Shown in pieces: positions 1 to 7,929 of a DNA stretch of 64,000 bases. A program made the translations under genes and the position numbers. The notes below the pieces were generated by a model that saw only the letters and a program-made list of their open reading frames with translations, ran no database searches and was not told the DNA's origin. Every line of letters begins with the position of its first letter. Within the stretch, counting starts at the first letter, position 1. Where the stretch lies: the NCBI GenBank assembly GCA_965223425.1, contig OZ245003.1, positions 128,001 through 192,000 on the forward strand, given 5' to 3'. The stretch comes from Nitrosopumilus sp. (GTDB lineage Archaea; Thermoproteota; Nitrososphaeria; Nitrososphaerales; Nitrosopumilaceae).

Positions 1-534
1 TGAGGGCGATCCGCCGCGCTTTTTTTTAAACTCGCTGATCTCGCGCTCCGAGGCCGCCTTCGGGTTCCTGGGGCGCAGCTTGCGCCACGACAGGCCGAGC
101 CTTGAGAGCAGCTTGTGCACCCCGTTGAGCGAGTACGCCGCGCCGAACTTCCTCTCGATGTGCGCGCAGACGATCCTCGCCGTCCACAGCCGGGTCTCAA
201 ACCCGCAGTTCTCAGGTCCCGCTACAAGATCTGCGAGCAGCTCCGCCCTCTGGGACTCGTCGAGCCTGCACGGGCATCCCGGCCTGCCGCGGTCGCGGCG
301 GCCGCGCAGGCCGCCGTCCCTTGCCCGCACCAGCCAGTCCCGTACTGTGGAGTAGCTGCGGTTTGTCCGCGCGGCGATGCCGCGTATGCTCATGCCCTCC
401 TTCCGCATCATGTACACGAGGAGCCTGTCCCGTGCCTTGGGGTCAGTCTCCCTCTTGTGGCACTCCCTCAAATAACCTGTGCCTGTGCCCTTCAGAAAGC
501 CGGATCCCCTCTCCAAATTCCTAGGTTTCTTCAT
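1..534 (-). CDS. IS630 transposase, N-terminal HTH/winged-helix part (partial)
   Basis: Hand translation from ATG at 534: MKKPRN...STVRDWL...GRPG...LWTARIV...FGAAYSLNGVHKLLSRLGLSW...EFKKK; TTTAAAAAAAAG slippery run at 19-30. Not in the ORF track. Confidence 0.85.
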   Translation of the reverse strand, partial: MKKPRNLERGSGFLKGTGTGYLRECHKRETDPKARDRLLVYMMRKEGMSIRGIAARTNRSYSTVRDWLVRARDGGLRGRRDRGRPGCPCRLDESQRAELLADLVAGPENCGFETRLWTARIVCAHIERKFGAAYSLNGVHKLLSRLGLSWRKLRPRNPKAASEREISEFKKKRGGSPS

Positions 535-608
535 AGAGTGGCTGGGAATCCGCATGATCTAGATCCTTCGGTCAAAAAACATTCCCAAAAGGATCAAGAT
601 CGATTATA
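1..608 (-). mobile_element. IS630-family insertion sequence (left part; continues beyond window)
   Basis: GC-rich block carrying a transposase N-terminus; ends near a TATA stretch at ~605-610 (IS630 targets TA); boundary approximate. Confidence 0.75.
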
Positions 609-845
609 TATTATGGGCACTACGGATACGGAGGCCCCCGGCTGCAGTATTCCGTCGGAAACCTCTGCCTTCTTAAAGCACCTGACAGTTATGTCAATGC
701 TGGATATTTCAGTCGTTCCGATGTTGTACATAGTATAGTCCAGCACCATCACATTCCCTGCCATATGTGCATTGGCATACACGTCCGCCCCTATTCCCCG
801 TGCCGTCCCTGAAAAATCAGAGACCATGAGTGCCACTGCCGCTAG
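609..845 (-). pseudogene. Fragment of a pilin/flagellin-like or other surface protein, cut by IS630 and a MITE
   Basis: AAVALMVSDFSGTARG...VLDYTMYNIGTTEISSIDITV...ILQPGASVSV: hydrophobic helix end followed by a beta-rich domain. Confidence 0.35.
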
Positions 846-923
846 GTTGTTGCATAACTTGGATCCTAGGCACAAAATTTACCCAACTTTTGACTGGATT
901 AGGCATGTTATGCAACAAACTAG
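842..923. mobile_element. ~80-bp MITE, copy 1
   Basis: TIRs CTAGGTTGTTGCATAAC / GTTATGCAACAAACTAG; near-identical copy at 51084-51164. Confidence 0.85.
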
Positions 924-1091
924 ACGGTCAGTCAGTTGTCATATACGTTGGATCGTGGATTTTCAGTAGGCATTTGATGTTCACGGAAGAAACATTTGCA
1001 GTGTAGAGGAAAAAAGAGATTAGCATAATGGCACTATGCTAACGTAACCGAAACCTAGCATTATATTGTAATTGTATTATAAAAATCGTGT

Positions 1092-1163
1092 GGGCTAGTA
1101 GTATAATTGGTACTATTCGTAGCCGAGACCTGCGAGATCAGGGTTCGAATCCCTGCTAGTCCA
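1092..1163 (+). tRNA. Atypical tRNA: GAG anticodon, short variable loop, C33, G3:U70 and A73
   Basis: Acceptor GGGCTAG/CTAGTCC-A; D arm GTA...TAT with GG; anticodon arm CGTAG-CCGAGAC-CTGCG; T arm CAGGG-TTCGAAT-CCCTG. Confidence 0.75.
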
Positions 1164-1358
1164 CACTTTAACGGTCTGATGGGTTTTCCAGTTTGTTTCA
1201 TGACCACCTACCTTGCCGCCATCACCTACGCATATTTTGACAATAATGCCTCAATAGAACCTGCAATGATCATGTTGGATGGTGTGCGTGAATTTACCTT
1301 GTGTACAGTACGGAGTTGTTGCCGAATTGTATCTTGCTGTTGGATTTGTGTGATATGT

Positions 1359-1390
1359 CAGTAGTTCCCAGATGTAGATTTACCGCAACC
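1359..1390. repeat. Orphan copy of the ISH3-family right end
   Basis: CAGTAGTTCCCAGATGTAGATTTACCGCAACC identical to 1761-1792, also preceded by ATGT. Confidence 0.9.
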
Positions 1391-1560
1391 ACTAGCTTGA
1401 ACACATGATAACCACCTCGTCGTAGTTGTAGTGATGGATCGACTCCTGTATGCATATGGGCCTTGCGCCCTTGAGCTTGAATGGGGCAATCCGAGCTGCT
1501 GTGTAATTGGGCCTTGCGCCCTGATAGGTGTATGCAGCTTCCGGTCTGTCAACACATTCG
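1391..1560 (+). ncRNA. Putative IS110 bridge RNA region
   Basis: Position upstream of an IS110 recombinase; duplicated hairpin GGGCCTTGCGCCC at ~1458 and ~1509. Confidence 0.5.
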
Positions 1561-1760
1561 AAAGGAGGTGATAGAAAAGAATGAATGCAAACATTGGAAT
1601 AGACATTGGAAAGAAAAAATGTGACGTATGCGTGGTGGACGGGAATGGCAAAGTCCTGGAGACAGGACAGTACCCCAACACTGCAAGCGATGCTGGGAAA
1701 TTTGCACAAAAGATGGCGCACAAATACGCCGGCAAGGCAAAAAAATGCAGGGCAGCATGT
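1391..1760 (+). mobile_element. Truncated IS110-family element (left non-coding end plus recombinase N-terminus)
   Basis: ~190-bp non-coding end, GGAGGTGA SD, then an IS110-type ORF cut by ISH3. Confidence 0.8.
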
Positions 1761-1766
1761 CAGTAG
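1581..1766 (+). pseudogene. IS110 DEDD recombinase, N-terminal fragment
   Basis: IGIDIGKKKCDVCVVDGNGKVL...YPNT...RAAC, broken just before the second catalytic residue (E). Confidence 0.85.
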
Positions 1767-3129
1767 TTCCCAGATGTAGATTTACCGCAACCGCAACTGG
1801 CATCGGTTCTACTTGCCTCGATCATTGACAAACAACTCGTTTCTGCTTGTAATGTACACGATAAACAACGCCATGGTGAGTTTTTTCCCCGCAGAAGACA
1901 CTCTTCCATGCCTCTTTCCCGCATCAAGGCAGAACCTGGCAATCCTCCACAGGTTGTACAGCAGCAGCGGCAGGTAAAACATCAGCAGCCTCACAGACAG
2001 GGAGTTGCTGCATGTCCTGCCCATGATCTCCTTTATGACGCGAAACCCCGTCTCGATGCCCCATCTCTTGCGGTACTGCTCCGGTATGATGCCTGTCATG
2101 GCTCTGGCGCTCCTGATGGGAATGTTTGTTGCAAACGCAATGTATTGCTCCTCCCCCTCCTCTTCCCCCTCCCCCTTTTTCTTCTTCTTCCTGTCTCTTT
2201 TGACAATTACAAGGTTGTAGGTCACAGTTACGCCGTCTTTGTTGGTCATTGACTGCTGCGATACCTGGCTTGCCTTTCCGTCCTTGTACATCTTGACTAT
2301 CCTCTTGATCTTGGAGTTCATGATGACAGGCATAATGTAGCGGCACCCGCCCTTTCCTGCCTCTGTCATGCAGTCAGCGCTGTAAAAGGCGCGGTCGTAC
2401 AGGAACACATTCTTTGAGTGTGCGCCCCCTCTGAGGATTTTCGTGCGTGTTTTGGCTATAAAATCGGCCAGTTTTTCCTTTGCCGGCAGCAGCTGCGATT
2501 CCAGGACAATCTGCGAGGAGTCCCTGCCGGCTCCGTGCACTGCGACATACGAGAGAAACGTGGATGTTACTGCCCTTGGACGCGACTTTCTTGTATGCCC
2601 CTGCAGCTGCTCCCCATGGTATGGTATGTCCGTAACGTCTATTGCAATGGCGTCGATGTCCTGCAGCATTCCTGCACGGCGGGCGTGCCGCACCGTGCGT
2701 GCCAGCGTCCTTGCACACCAGCCCTGCACGTCTGCCGGTTCGACGCCACGGACTGCAGACATGACCAGGTCTGCATCAGGCGTACGTGCACCCGTGTCTT
2801 GAAGCCTGTTGCGCCGTACGAGGGATTCTACAAACGTGTTTCTCTCAGACGCCCTGATTAGCACGTCCAGTATGTCATTGCATCCGTATACGGCGTTGTG
2901 CCTCTCAGACATTGGCATGCCAAGCTTTTGAAACGACGAGCGCAGGATTTTAAACCGGTTTGATGTTATATTGTACTGGCGTGCGATCAGTTCGTCATGT
3001 AATTCGACTTTCATGACATATTGCACGCCGTAGCCTAATCTGGATCTTTGCATTGCAGTTACGCGGTAACGCACCGGCATCTGGGCATAAACCTACATCT
3101 GGGCACAAATCTACATCTGGGAACTACTG
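1761..3129 (-). mobile_element. ISH3-family insertion sequence, intact
   Basis: Perfect 23-bp TIRs CAGTAGTTCCCAGATGTAGATTT; ATGT on both flanks; three tandem CATCTGGG units at the left end. Confidence 0.9.
1809..3080 (-). CDS. ISH3-family (IS4-like) DDE transposase
   Basis: AIDVTDIPYHG, LYDRAFYS, YRKRWGIETGFR motifs. Confidence 0.9.
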   Translation of the reverse strand: MPVRYRVTAMQRSRLGYGVQYVMKVELHDELIARQYNITSNRFKILRSSFQKLGMPMSERHNAVYGCNDILDVLIRASERNTFVESLVRRNRLQDTGARTPDADLVMSAVRGVEPADVQGWCARTLARTVRHARRAGMLQDIDAIAIDVTDIPYHGEQLQGHTRKSRPRAVTSTFLSYVAVHGAGRDSSQIVLESQLLPAKEKLADFIAKTRTKILRGGAHSKNVFLYDRAFYSADCMTEAGKGGCRYIMPVIMNSKIKRIVKMYKDGKASQVSQQSMTNKDGVTVTYNLVIVKRDRKKKKKGEGEEEGEEQYIAFATNIPIRSARAMTGIIPEQYRKRWGIETGFRVIKEIMGRTCSNSLSVRLLMFYLPLLLYNLWRIARFCLDAGKRHGRVSSAGKKLTMALFIVYITSRNELFVNDRGK

Positions 3130-3377
3130 ATGTTATCCTCAATTGTTTGTTTAAGACGTTTTTGCGTTCAGTTTTTTTTATTTGAAGTTCCAGGATTGAA
3201 TCCTCTAATTTGAATTTCTCTAAAAACTAATTCCCATTTCAATAAATCTTCTTTCATGAACCAAGTAAAATCATTATCGACTGGTAAGGCGTTGTCCAAT
3301 TTTTCCCAGCAAAATAGCTGACGTTATCGGACAGTGCCCACCATTAACCATAAAACCTATATTTCTTTATATATATT

Positions 3378-3389
3378 CTCTATATAGAG
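3378..3389. promoter_or_regulatory. Palindrome CTCTATATAGAG between TATA box and abiEi start; likely autoregulatory operator
   Basis: Perfect 12-bp palindrome after TTTATATATA; AbiEi proteins autoregulate through inverted repeats. Confidence 0.45.
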
Positions 3390-3395
3390 AGAATA

Positions 3396-4205
3396 ATGAC
3401 AAAAGAATATAAGCGTAATTTATCAGATAGAGAATCACGGATCATCACAGATCTTAGTTACAAAAACAAATCAATATTCACAATTAATGATTTGAAAGAA
3501 TATGTAAAAGATACAAAAAATTTTCTTCATCACCTAGTTGAGAGAAAATGGATTTTGAAAATACGAAATGGGGTTTATGCCATTACACCATTTGATGCAG
3601 GAAAGGAAGGTTCTGGAAGTTATACTCTACATAGCTTTGTAATAGGTTCCCTTCTCACAACACCATATTACATTGGATATTTGAGCGCATTAAATTATCA
3701 TGGTTTAACTGATAGAACACCATCACATGTATACATAGTAACAACAAAAGCAAAACATTCACGTGAATTACTTGATATAAAATTCAAATTTGTAACTGTG
3801 CATTCCAGAAAAATGTTTGGTTTAGAAGAAGAAATAATTGATGATAAAAAAGTGATAATGTCGTCTCTTGAGAAAACTATTGTAGACTGTTTAGATCATC
3901 CAGAATATAGTGGCGGTATTGAAGAAATTGCTAAATCACTGTTTTTTTCAAAAAATGAAATTGATGTGGAGTTATTGGTTAATTACGCAAAGAAAATTGA
4001 AAATAATACGGTAATCAAAAGATTAGGATACATATCAGAAATAATTGAGTGGAATGAATGTTTAGAGTTACTTGTTAATATAAAATTGAAGAGTGGATAT
4101 TCACTTCTTGAACCGAAATTTCCAAAAAATTCTACCTCAAAAATCAAGGAAAGATGGAAGTTATTAGTAAACACTAAACTAGAATCAAAGAGGTTCTTAC
4201 ATTAA
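3396..4205 (+). CDS. abiEi: Type IV TA antitoxin, AbiEi-family transcriptional regulator
   Basis: N-terminal wHTH, YYIGYLSALNYHGLT, SSLEKTIVDCL...GGIEE, KRLGY; coupled to AbiEii. Confidence 0.85.
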   Translation: MTKEYKRNLSDRESRIITDLSYKNKSIFTINDLKEYVKDTKNFLHHLVERKWILKIRNGVYAITPFDAGKEGSGSYTLHSFVIGSLLTTPYYIGYLSALNYHGLTDRTPSHVYIVTTKAKHSRELLDIKFKFVTVHSRKMFGLEEEIIDDKKVIMSSLEKTIVDCLDHPEYSGGIEEIAKSLFFSKNEIDVELLVNYAKKIENNTVIKRLGYISEIIEWNECLELLVNIKLKSGYSLLEPKFPKNSTSKIKERWKLLVNTKLESKRFLH

Positions 4206-5002
4206 TGATTTTAAGGCAAGAATTAGTAAATGAAGCAAAAAAGCACGGATTTGCTTTAGATATAATGGCAAAACATTATGTTTTAGGATGGCTTTTACAT
4301 GGAATTCTATCAACTACAATATCAGATAGTTTGATATTCAAAGGGGGAACAGCATTATCTAAAATTCATTATCCTAACAACTGGAGATTATCAGAAGATT
4401 TGGATTTTACAGCATCGAATAGTGAAGAATTTGATACATTTGGAAATGTTTTGAAAAATGAATTACCTGCAATAGTGAAAAATTCATGTGATTTGGACAT
4501 AAAACAAAAAGACGAACCATATACAAATGGCGGATATGTGCGGACAAGATTTTCCTATAATAGCAAAATTGGCACTGGCGCTGTAAAAATTGAAATTACA
4601 GCAGAAAATGTAATAGGAACAGTTGAAAAAAAGCAGTTATTCAAGATTTTTGATTATCCGGATTTGGAAGTTAGAACGTATTCAGTTTCTACAATTCTAG
4701 CAGAAAAACTTCGTGCCATTATAGAACGTGGTTATGTCAGAGATTATTATGATGCATGGAGACTATTGAAAATTGAAAAATTTGATAATGATGCTGTCAG
4801 AAATTTATTTTTAGAAAAATTAAAGCTTAGAGATACAAAATTTGAAGGTATAGAGCAATTTTTTCCTGAAGGAGTTGTTGAAGAATTTGAGACACAGGTT
4901 GAAGAGGGTTTAACAAGATTAAAGGATGAGGAATTGCCTACTATGAGTAATATGATAAAAGAGCTAGAGGCGTTATTAGAAAAAAATATTTTCTTGAATT
5001 AG
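4205..5002 (+). CDS. abiEii: Type IV TA toxin, AbiEii nucleotidyltransferase
   Basis: FKGGTAL, RLSEDLDF, AEKLRA, RDYYD motifs. Confidence 0.9.
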   Translation: MILRQELVNEAKKHGFALDIMAKHYVLGWLLHGILSTTISDSLIFKGGTALSKIHYPNNWRLSEDLDFTASNSEEFDTFGNVLKNELPAIVKNSCDLDIKQKDEPYTNGGYVRTRFSYNSKIGTGAVKIEITAENVIGTVEKKQLFKIFDYPDLEVRTYSVSTILAEKLRAIIERGYVRDYYDAWRLLKIEKFDNDAVRNLFLEKLKLRDTKFEGIEQFFPEGVVEEFETQVEEGLTRLKDEELPTMSNMIKELEALLEKNIFLN

Positions 5003-5202
5003 GATTTAATTAAAATTTATTTTTAAGATATGTGTCATGATAAGTACTGTCATGTTTTGAAGATAGAAATTTCTTACATACATTCTCTTTGTTTCTTAGC
5101 TACGCGTTAATTTTAGAAAGTTATCATAGACATTTTCTCTAGGGTCTTCTATCTCTATCACATCTGAATTAGATGATGGGGCTTTGAGTCAGTAAAGTAG
5201 AG

Positions 5203-5276
5203 TGGGATCGGCAGGATTTGAACCTGCGACCACTAGTCCCCCAGACTAGTATCATACCAAGCTAGACGACGATCCC
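5203..5276 (-). tRNA. tRNA-Pro(GGG)
   Basis: GGGATCG...CTAGT-CTGGGGG-ACTAG...GCAGGTTCAAATCCTGC-CGATCCC-A cloverleaf. Confidence 0.95.
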
Positions 5277-5316
5277 TTATCACATAGACGCAAAATGAAA
5301 TTATTAAATCGTCGTA

Positions 5317-5538
5317 TTGATTAACAAATACATGAAAATGTGCAGTATTTGTCACAAAGTTTCCGCAACAGAACAAGATCATCTTGATTGTATTCAGAGA
5401 AGAAGTATCGAAATGGAAGACGAGAATTTTAAAAATAATATTCCTGAAAAGCTGAATCTGTCAAAAAATAATCAAGATTTAGGTATTGAAGTGAAAGCTA
5501 TCTTAGAGCATCTTACAAAAGAAAAAGAGGAAAAATAA
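5317..5538 (+). CDS. Small hypothetical protein with CxxC...H..C motif
   Basis: ORF with host-like composition. Confidence 0.6.
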   Translation: MINKYMKMCSICHKVSATEQDHLDCIQRRSIEMEDENFKNNIPEKLNLSKNNQDLGIEVKAILEHLTKEKEEK

Positions 5539-5555
5539 TAATTATTTTGACTTGC

Positions 5556-6296
5556 TTATCGTTCTTGAGTTGTAGGTCTTATCAAAATCTCATTAACGTT
5601 AACATGAGATGGAGATTCAACTGCGTACAAAATTGCGTTTGCAATATCTTCTGCTTGTAGTGCTTGCATCTTTTTCGTATTTTCAACAAATCCTTTCAAA
5701 GATTCATCAGTGATTGTATCGTTAAGCTCTGTAGCTACAACTCCAGGTTCAATACTAGTTACTCGGATGTTAGAGCGTACGCTAAATTCTTGTCTTAGTC
5801 CTTCACTGAATGCTGCAACTGCATGTTTTGTTGCACAATAAACACTGCCAGCTGGAAAGACAATTCTTCCGGCTACAGATGAGAGATTAACAATATGGCC
5901 AGATTTTTTTTCTTGCATATGTGATATTACTGCACCTGTAGAATACAGTACGCCCTTGATGTTCACATCAATCATTTTATCCCATTCATCTACCTTGAGG
6001 CTTTTGAAGAAACTCAGAGGCATCAATCCGGCATTATTTACAAGAATGTCAACAGAATTCCATTTATCTAAAACTGCTTTAGCAAAATTTTCACATTCTG
6101 ATCTTTGTGTAACGTCTAGTTTTTGATAAAATACTTCTCCACCGTCAGCGGAGATCTTTTTTGCGAGTTCTTCTAACCTATCAACTCTTCTAGCGCCAAT
6201 AGCTACTTTAGCACCTGCTTTTGATAGTGCCAAAGCAGTGGCAAATCCTATTCCACTGCTTGCCCCAGTTATTATTGCCACCTTATCTTTAATCAT
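5556..6296 (-). CDS. Short-chain dehydrogenase/reductase
   Basis: TGASSGIG, NNAG, YCATK. Confidence 0.92.
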   Translation of the reverse strand: MIKDKVAIITGASSGIGFATALALSKAGAKVAIGARRVDRLEELAKKISADGGEVFYQKLDVTQRSECENFAKAVLDKWNSVDILVNNAGLMPLSFFKSLKVDEWDKMIDVNIKGVLYSTGAVISHMQEKKSGHIVNLSSVAGRIVFPAGSVYCATKHAVAAFSEGLRQEFSVRSNIRVTSIEPGVVATELNDTITDESLKGFVENTKKMQALQAEDIANAILYAVESPSHVNVNEILIRPTTQER

Positions 6297-6371
6297 CTAA
6301 ATACTTCAAACAGGTTCAATTTCAACATCGTAAAAATGTTTAGGCGTTAAGAGATTTCAGGCAGATACTAG

Positions 6372-6535
6372 GGTTCTGTGAAGTTATCGGGAGTTAACCC
6401 CTATAACTCGACTTTGACATATCGACTATTCGGATTACCAATGGTGTGCCGGATTCCGTCATCGCCGGCTCAAAAGTGCCGGACTGCGCTTCACATATGT
6501 CATCTCTACTGCCCCTAAACCTAGGGGGCAGCTTG
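6372..6535 (-). ncRNA. Putative omegaRNA scaffold overlapping the tnpB 3' end and TIR
   Basis: Hairpin 6509-6531; TGACATAT/ATATGTCA pairing (6415-6422 with 6495-6502); GAGTTA/TAACTC hairpin (6391-6409). Confidence 0.6.
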
Positions 6536-7590
6536 CGTGATATGTTGTTCATGGCAGCGACAATATCCCTGTCCATAAACAAACCGCAATTATTACACGA
6601 CAGTTTACGATGCTGTTGCATGTCCTCTTGGAGTCTCTTTCCGCATTGCGGACACTGCGTGCTCGTGTTTCTTGGGTCTACTGTCTCGACTGGCGGGAGC
6701 CCGACCCGTTGGGCTTTGTATTCTATTTGGCGTTGCAGCTCGTAGAATTGCCACCCGTTCAATCTGCGCCTGTACTTGTTGCCCTGACCATTTCCTTTTT
6801 TGTAGAGTTTTCTAACTCCTTTCAGGTTTTCTAGAACGATTGCAGCCTTTTCTTTGACGGCATTATCCACAATATCCTTTGATATTCTGTGGATGCATTG
6901 TTTTGCTCTGTCAGTCAGTCTTCTCTGTTTTTCCTTGCAGAACTGGTTTTTCTTCCTGCGGTCATTTCTGTGGAAGCCTGCCCTGGCGTGTATTGTGTTC
7001 TCCTTTATGGATAGCAGCTTGTTTGTCTTGCAGACTGTCACCCCTTCCTCGCTCCCACACGTCACATTTCTTAGGTTTCTGTCTATTCCAACTTTCTTGG
7101 TGCACTCTATCTCTTGTACTTTTTTTGAAACACAAAGACTGATGTTGAGGGCAGTCAGTGAAAACGAGCGCACCGTCAGGGCGGGATCAGACAGGATTTT
7201 TTGGGCGTGATCGTTGAGTAAAATGTTGATTGGGTTATGCTTCTTGTATGGGATTGTTAGTAGTGCACCGTTGTGTTTTATGCCGTAACAGTTTGTCATA
7301 AAGGGATTTTTGACTATTGGGCCTCTTATTCTGACACCTCGTTTGACTGATTGTTTTCTGTTTGATAATATGCCTGCAGCCCTTGATATTGCATTTAGTT
7401 TGTATGACGATAAAATGTCATAGTTACGTAATTCATGATAACATAACATGGACAGCCTCTTCATATTGTGAGTGTCTTCTTTCAACCCTATCTTGATGCA
7501 ATGATTGGCCATCTTTGTGAATGTAGCCGCCATATCCATTAGGTCAGAGTTCGGCGCATATTTCTGTGATATTGGCTTTATCGCCTTCAG
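6394..7590 (-). CDS. tnpB: TnpB RNA-guided endonuclease (start uncertain; must lie inside the element)
   Basis: RuvC GIDRN, VLENL, DRDIVAA; zinc finger CPQCG...CNNCG. Confidence 0.88.
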   Translation of the reverse strand: MKAIKPISQKYAPNSDLMDMAATFTKMANHCIKIGLKEDTHNMKRLSMLCYHELRNYDILSSYKLNAISRAAGILSNRKQSVKRGVRIRGPIVKNPFMTNCYGIKHNGALLTIPYKKHNPINILLNDHAQKILSDPALTVRSFSLTALNISLCVSKKVQEIECTKKVGIDRNLRNVTCGSEEGVTVCKTNKLLSIKENTIHARAGFHRNDRRKKNQFCKEKQRRLTDRAKQCIHRISKDIVDNAVKEKAAIVLENLKGVRKLYKKGNGQGNKYRRRLNGWQFYELQRQIEYKAQRVGLPPVETVDPRNTSTQCPQCGKRLQEDMQQHRKLSCNNCGLFMDRDIVAAMNNISRKLPPRFRGSRDDICEAQSGTFEPAMTESGTPLVIRIVDMSKSSYRG

Positions 7591-7704
7591 CGAATATCTT
7601 GCGGTTTGGAGGCTTGTACATTTTGGGAATTGACATATAACTCCCGATAACTTCACAGAACCGATACTAGCAACTTTATTAAAAGAAAAATTGCAAAATA
7701 AGTT

Positions 7705-7926
7705 ATGAAGTCTGAAAAATGTGCTTATTGCGGCGATCTGACGGATTTGCCCTTTCAATGCAATTATTGTAAGGACCAGTTTTGTTCAGAACACAGGCTT
7801 CCTGAAGAACACAGATGTGTAAAACTCAGCCAGATTAGAGCAAAAAGATTTGGTGAAAAAAAAGTCATACGAGACGGCGGACCAAACAAGCCAAATATTT
7901 TCAAACGACTTTTTGGGAGATTTTAA
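7705..7926 (+). CDS. AN1-type zinc finger protein
   Basis: CAYCG...PFQCNYC...FCSEHRLPEEHRC. Confidence 0.9.
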   Translation: MKSEKCAYCGDLTDLPFQCNYCKDQFCSEHRLPEEHRCVKLSQIRAKRFGEKKVIRDGGPNKPNIFKRLFGRF

Positions 7927-7929
7927 AAA

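Larger units (their letters stand above)
6372..7662 (-). mobile_element. Non-autonomous tnpB-only element with IS6-like TIRs
   Basis: Perfect 25-bp TIR GGTTCTGTGAAGTTATCGGGAGTTA (6372-6396; 7638-7662); 8-bp TSD GATACTAG (6364-6371; 7663-7670). Confidence 0.92.

Noticed and set aside
80-738. Plus-strand ORFs of 91, 207 and 67 aa
   Set aside because: Shadows of the minus-strand IS630 transposase
1140-1163. att-site duplicate of the tRNA-Pro 3' end
   Set aside because: Different sequence, opposite strand, and part of a complete cloverleaf
7663-7758. N-terminal extension of the 454-aa TnpB ORF
   Set aside because: Lies outside the TIR and overlaps the AN1 gene; chance open frame
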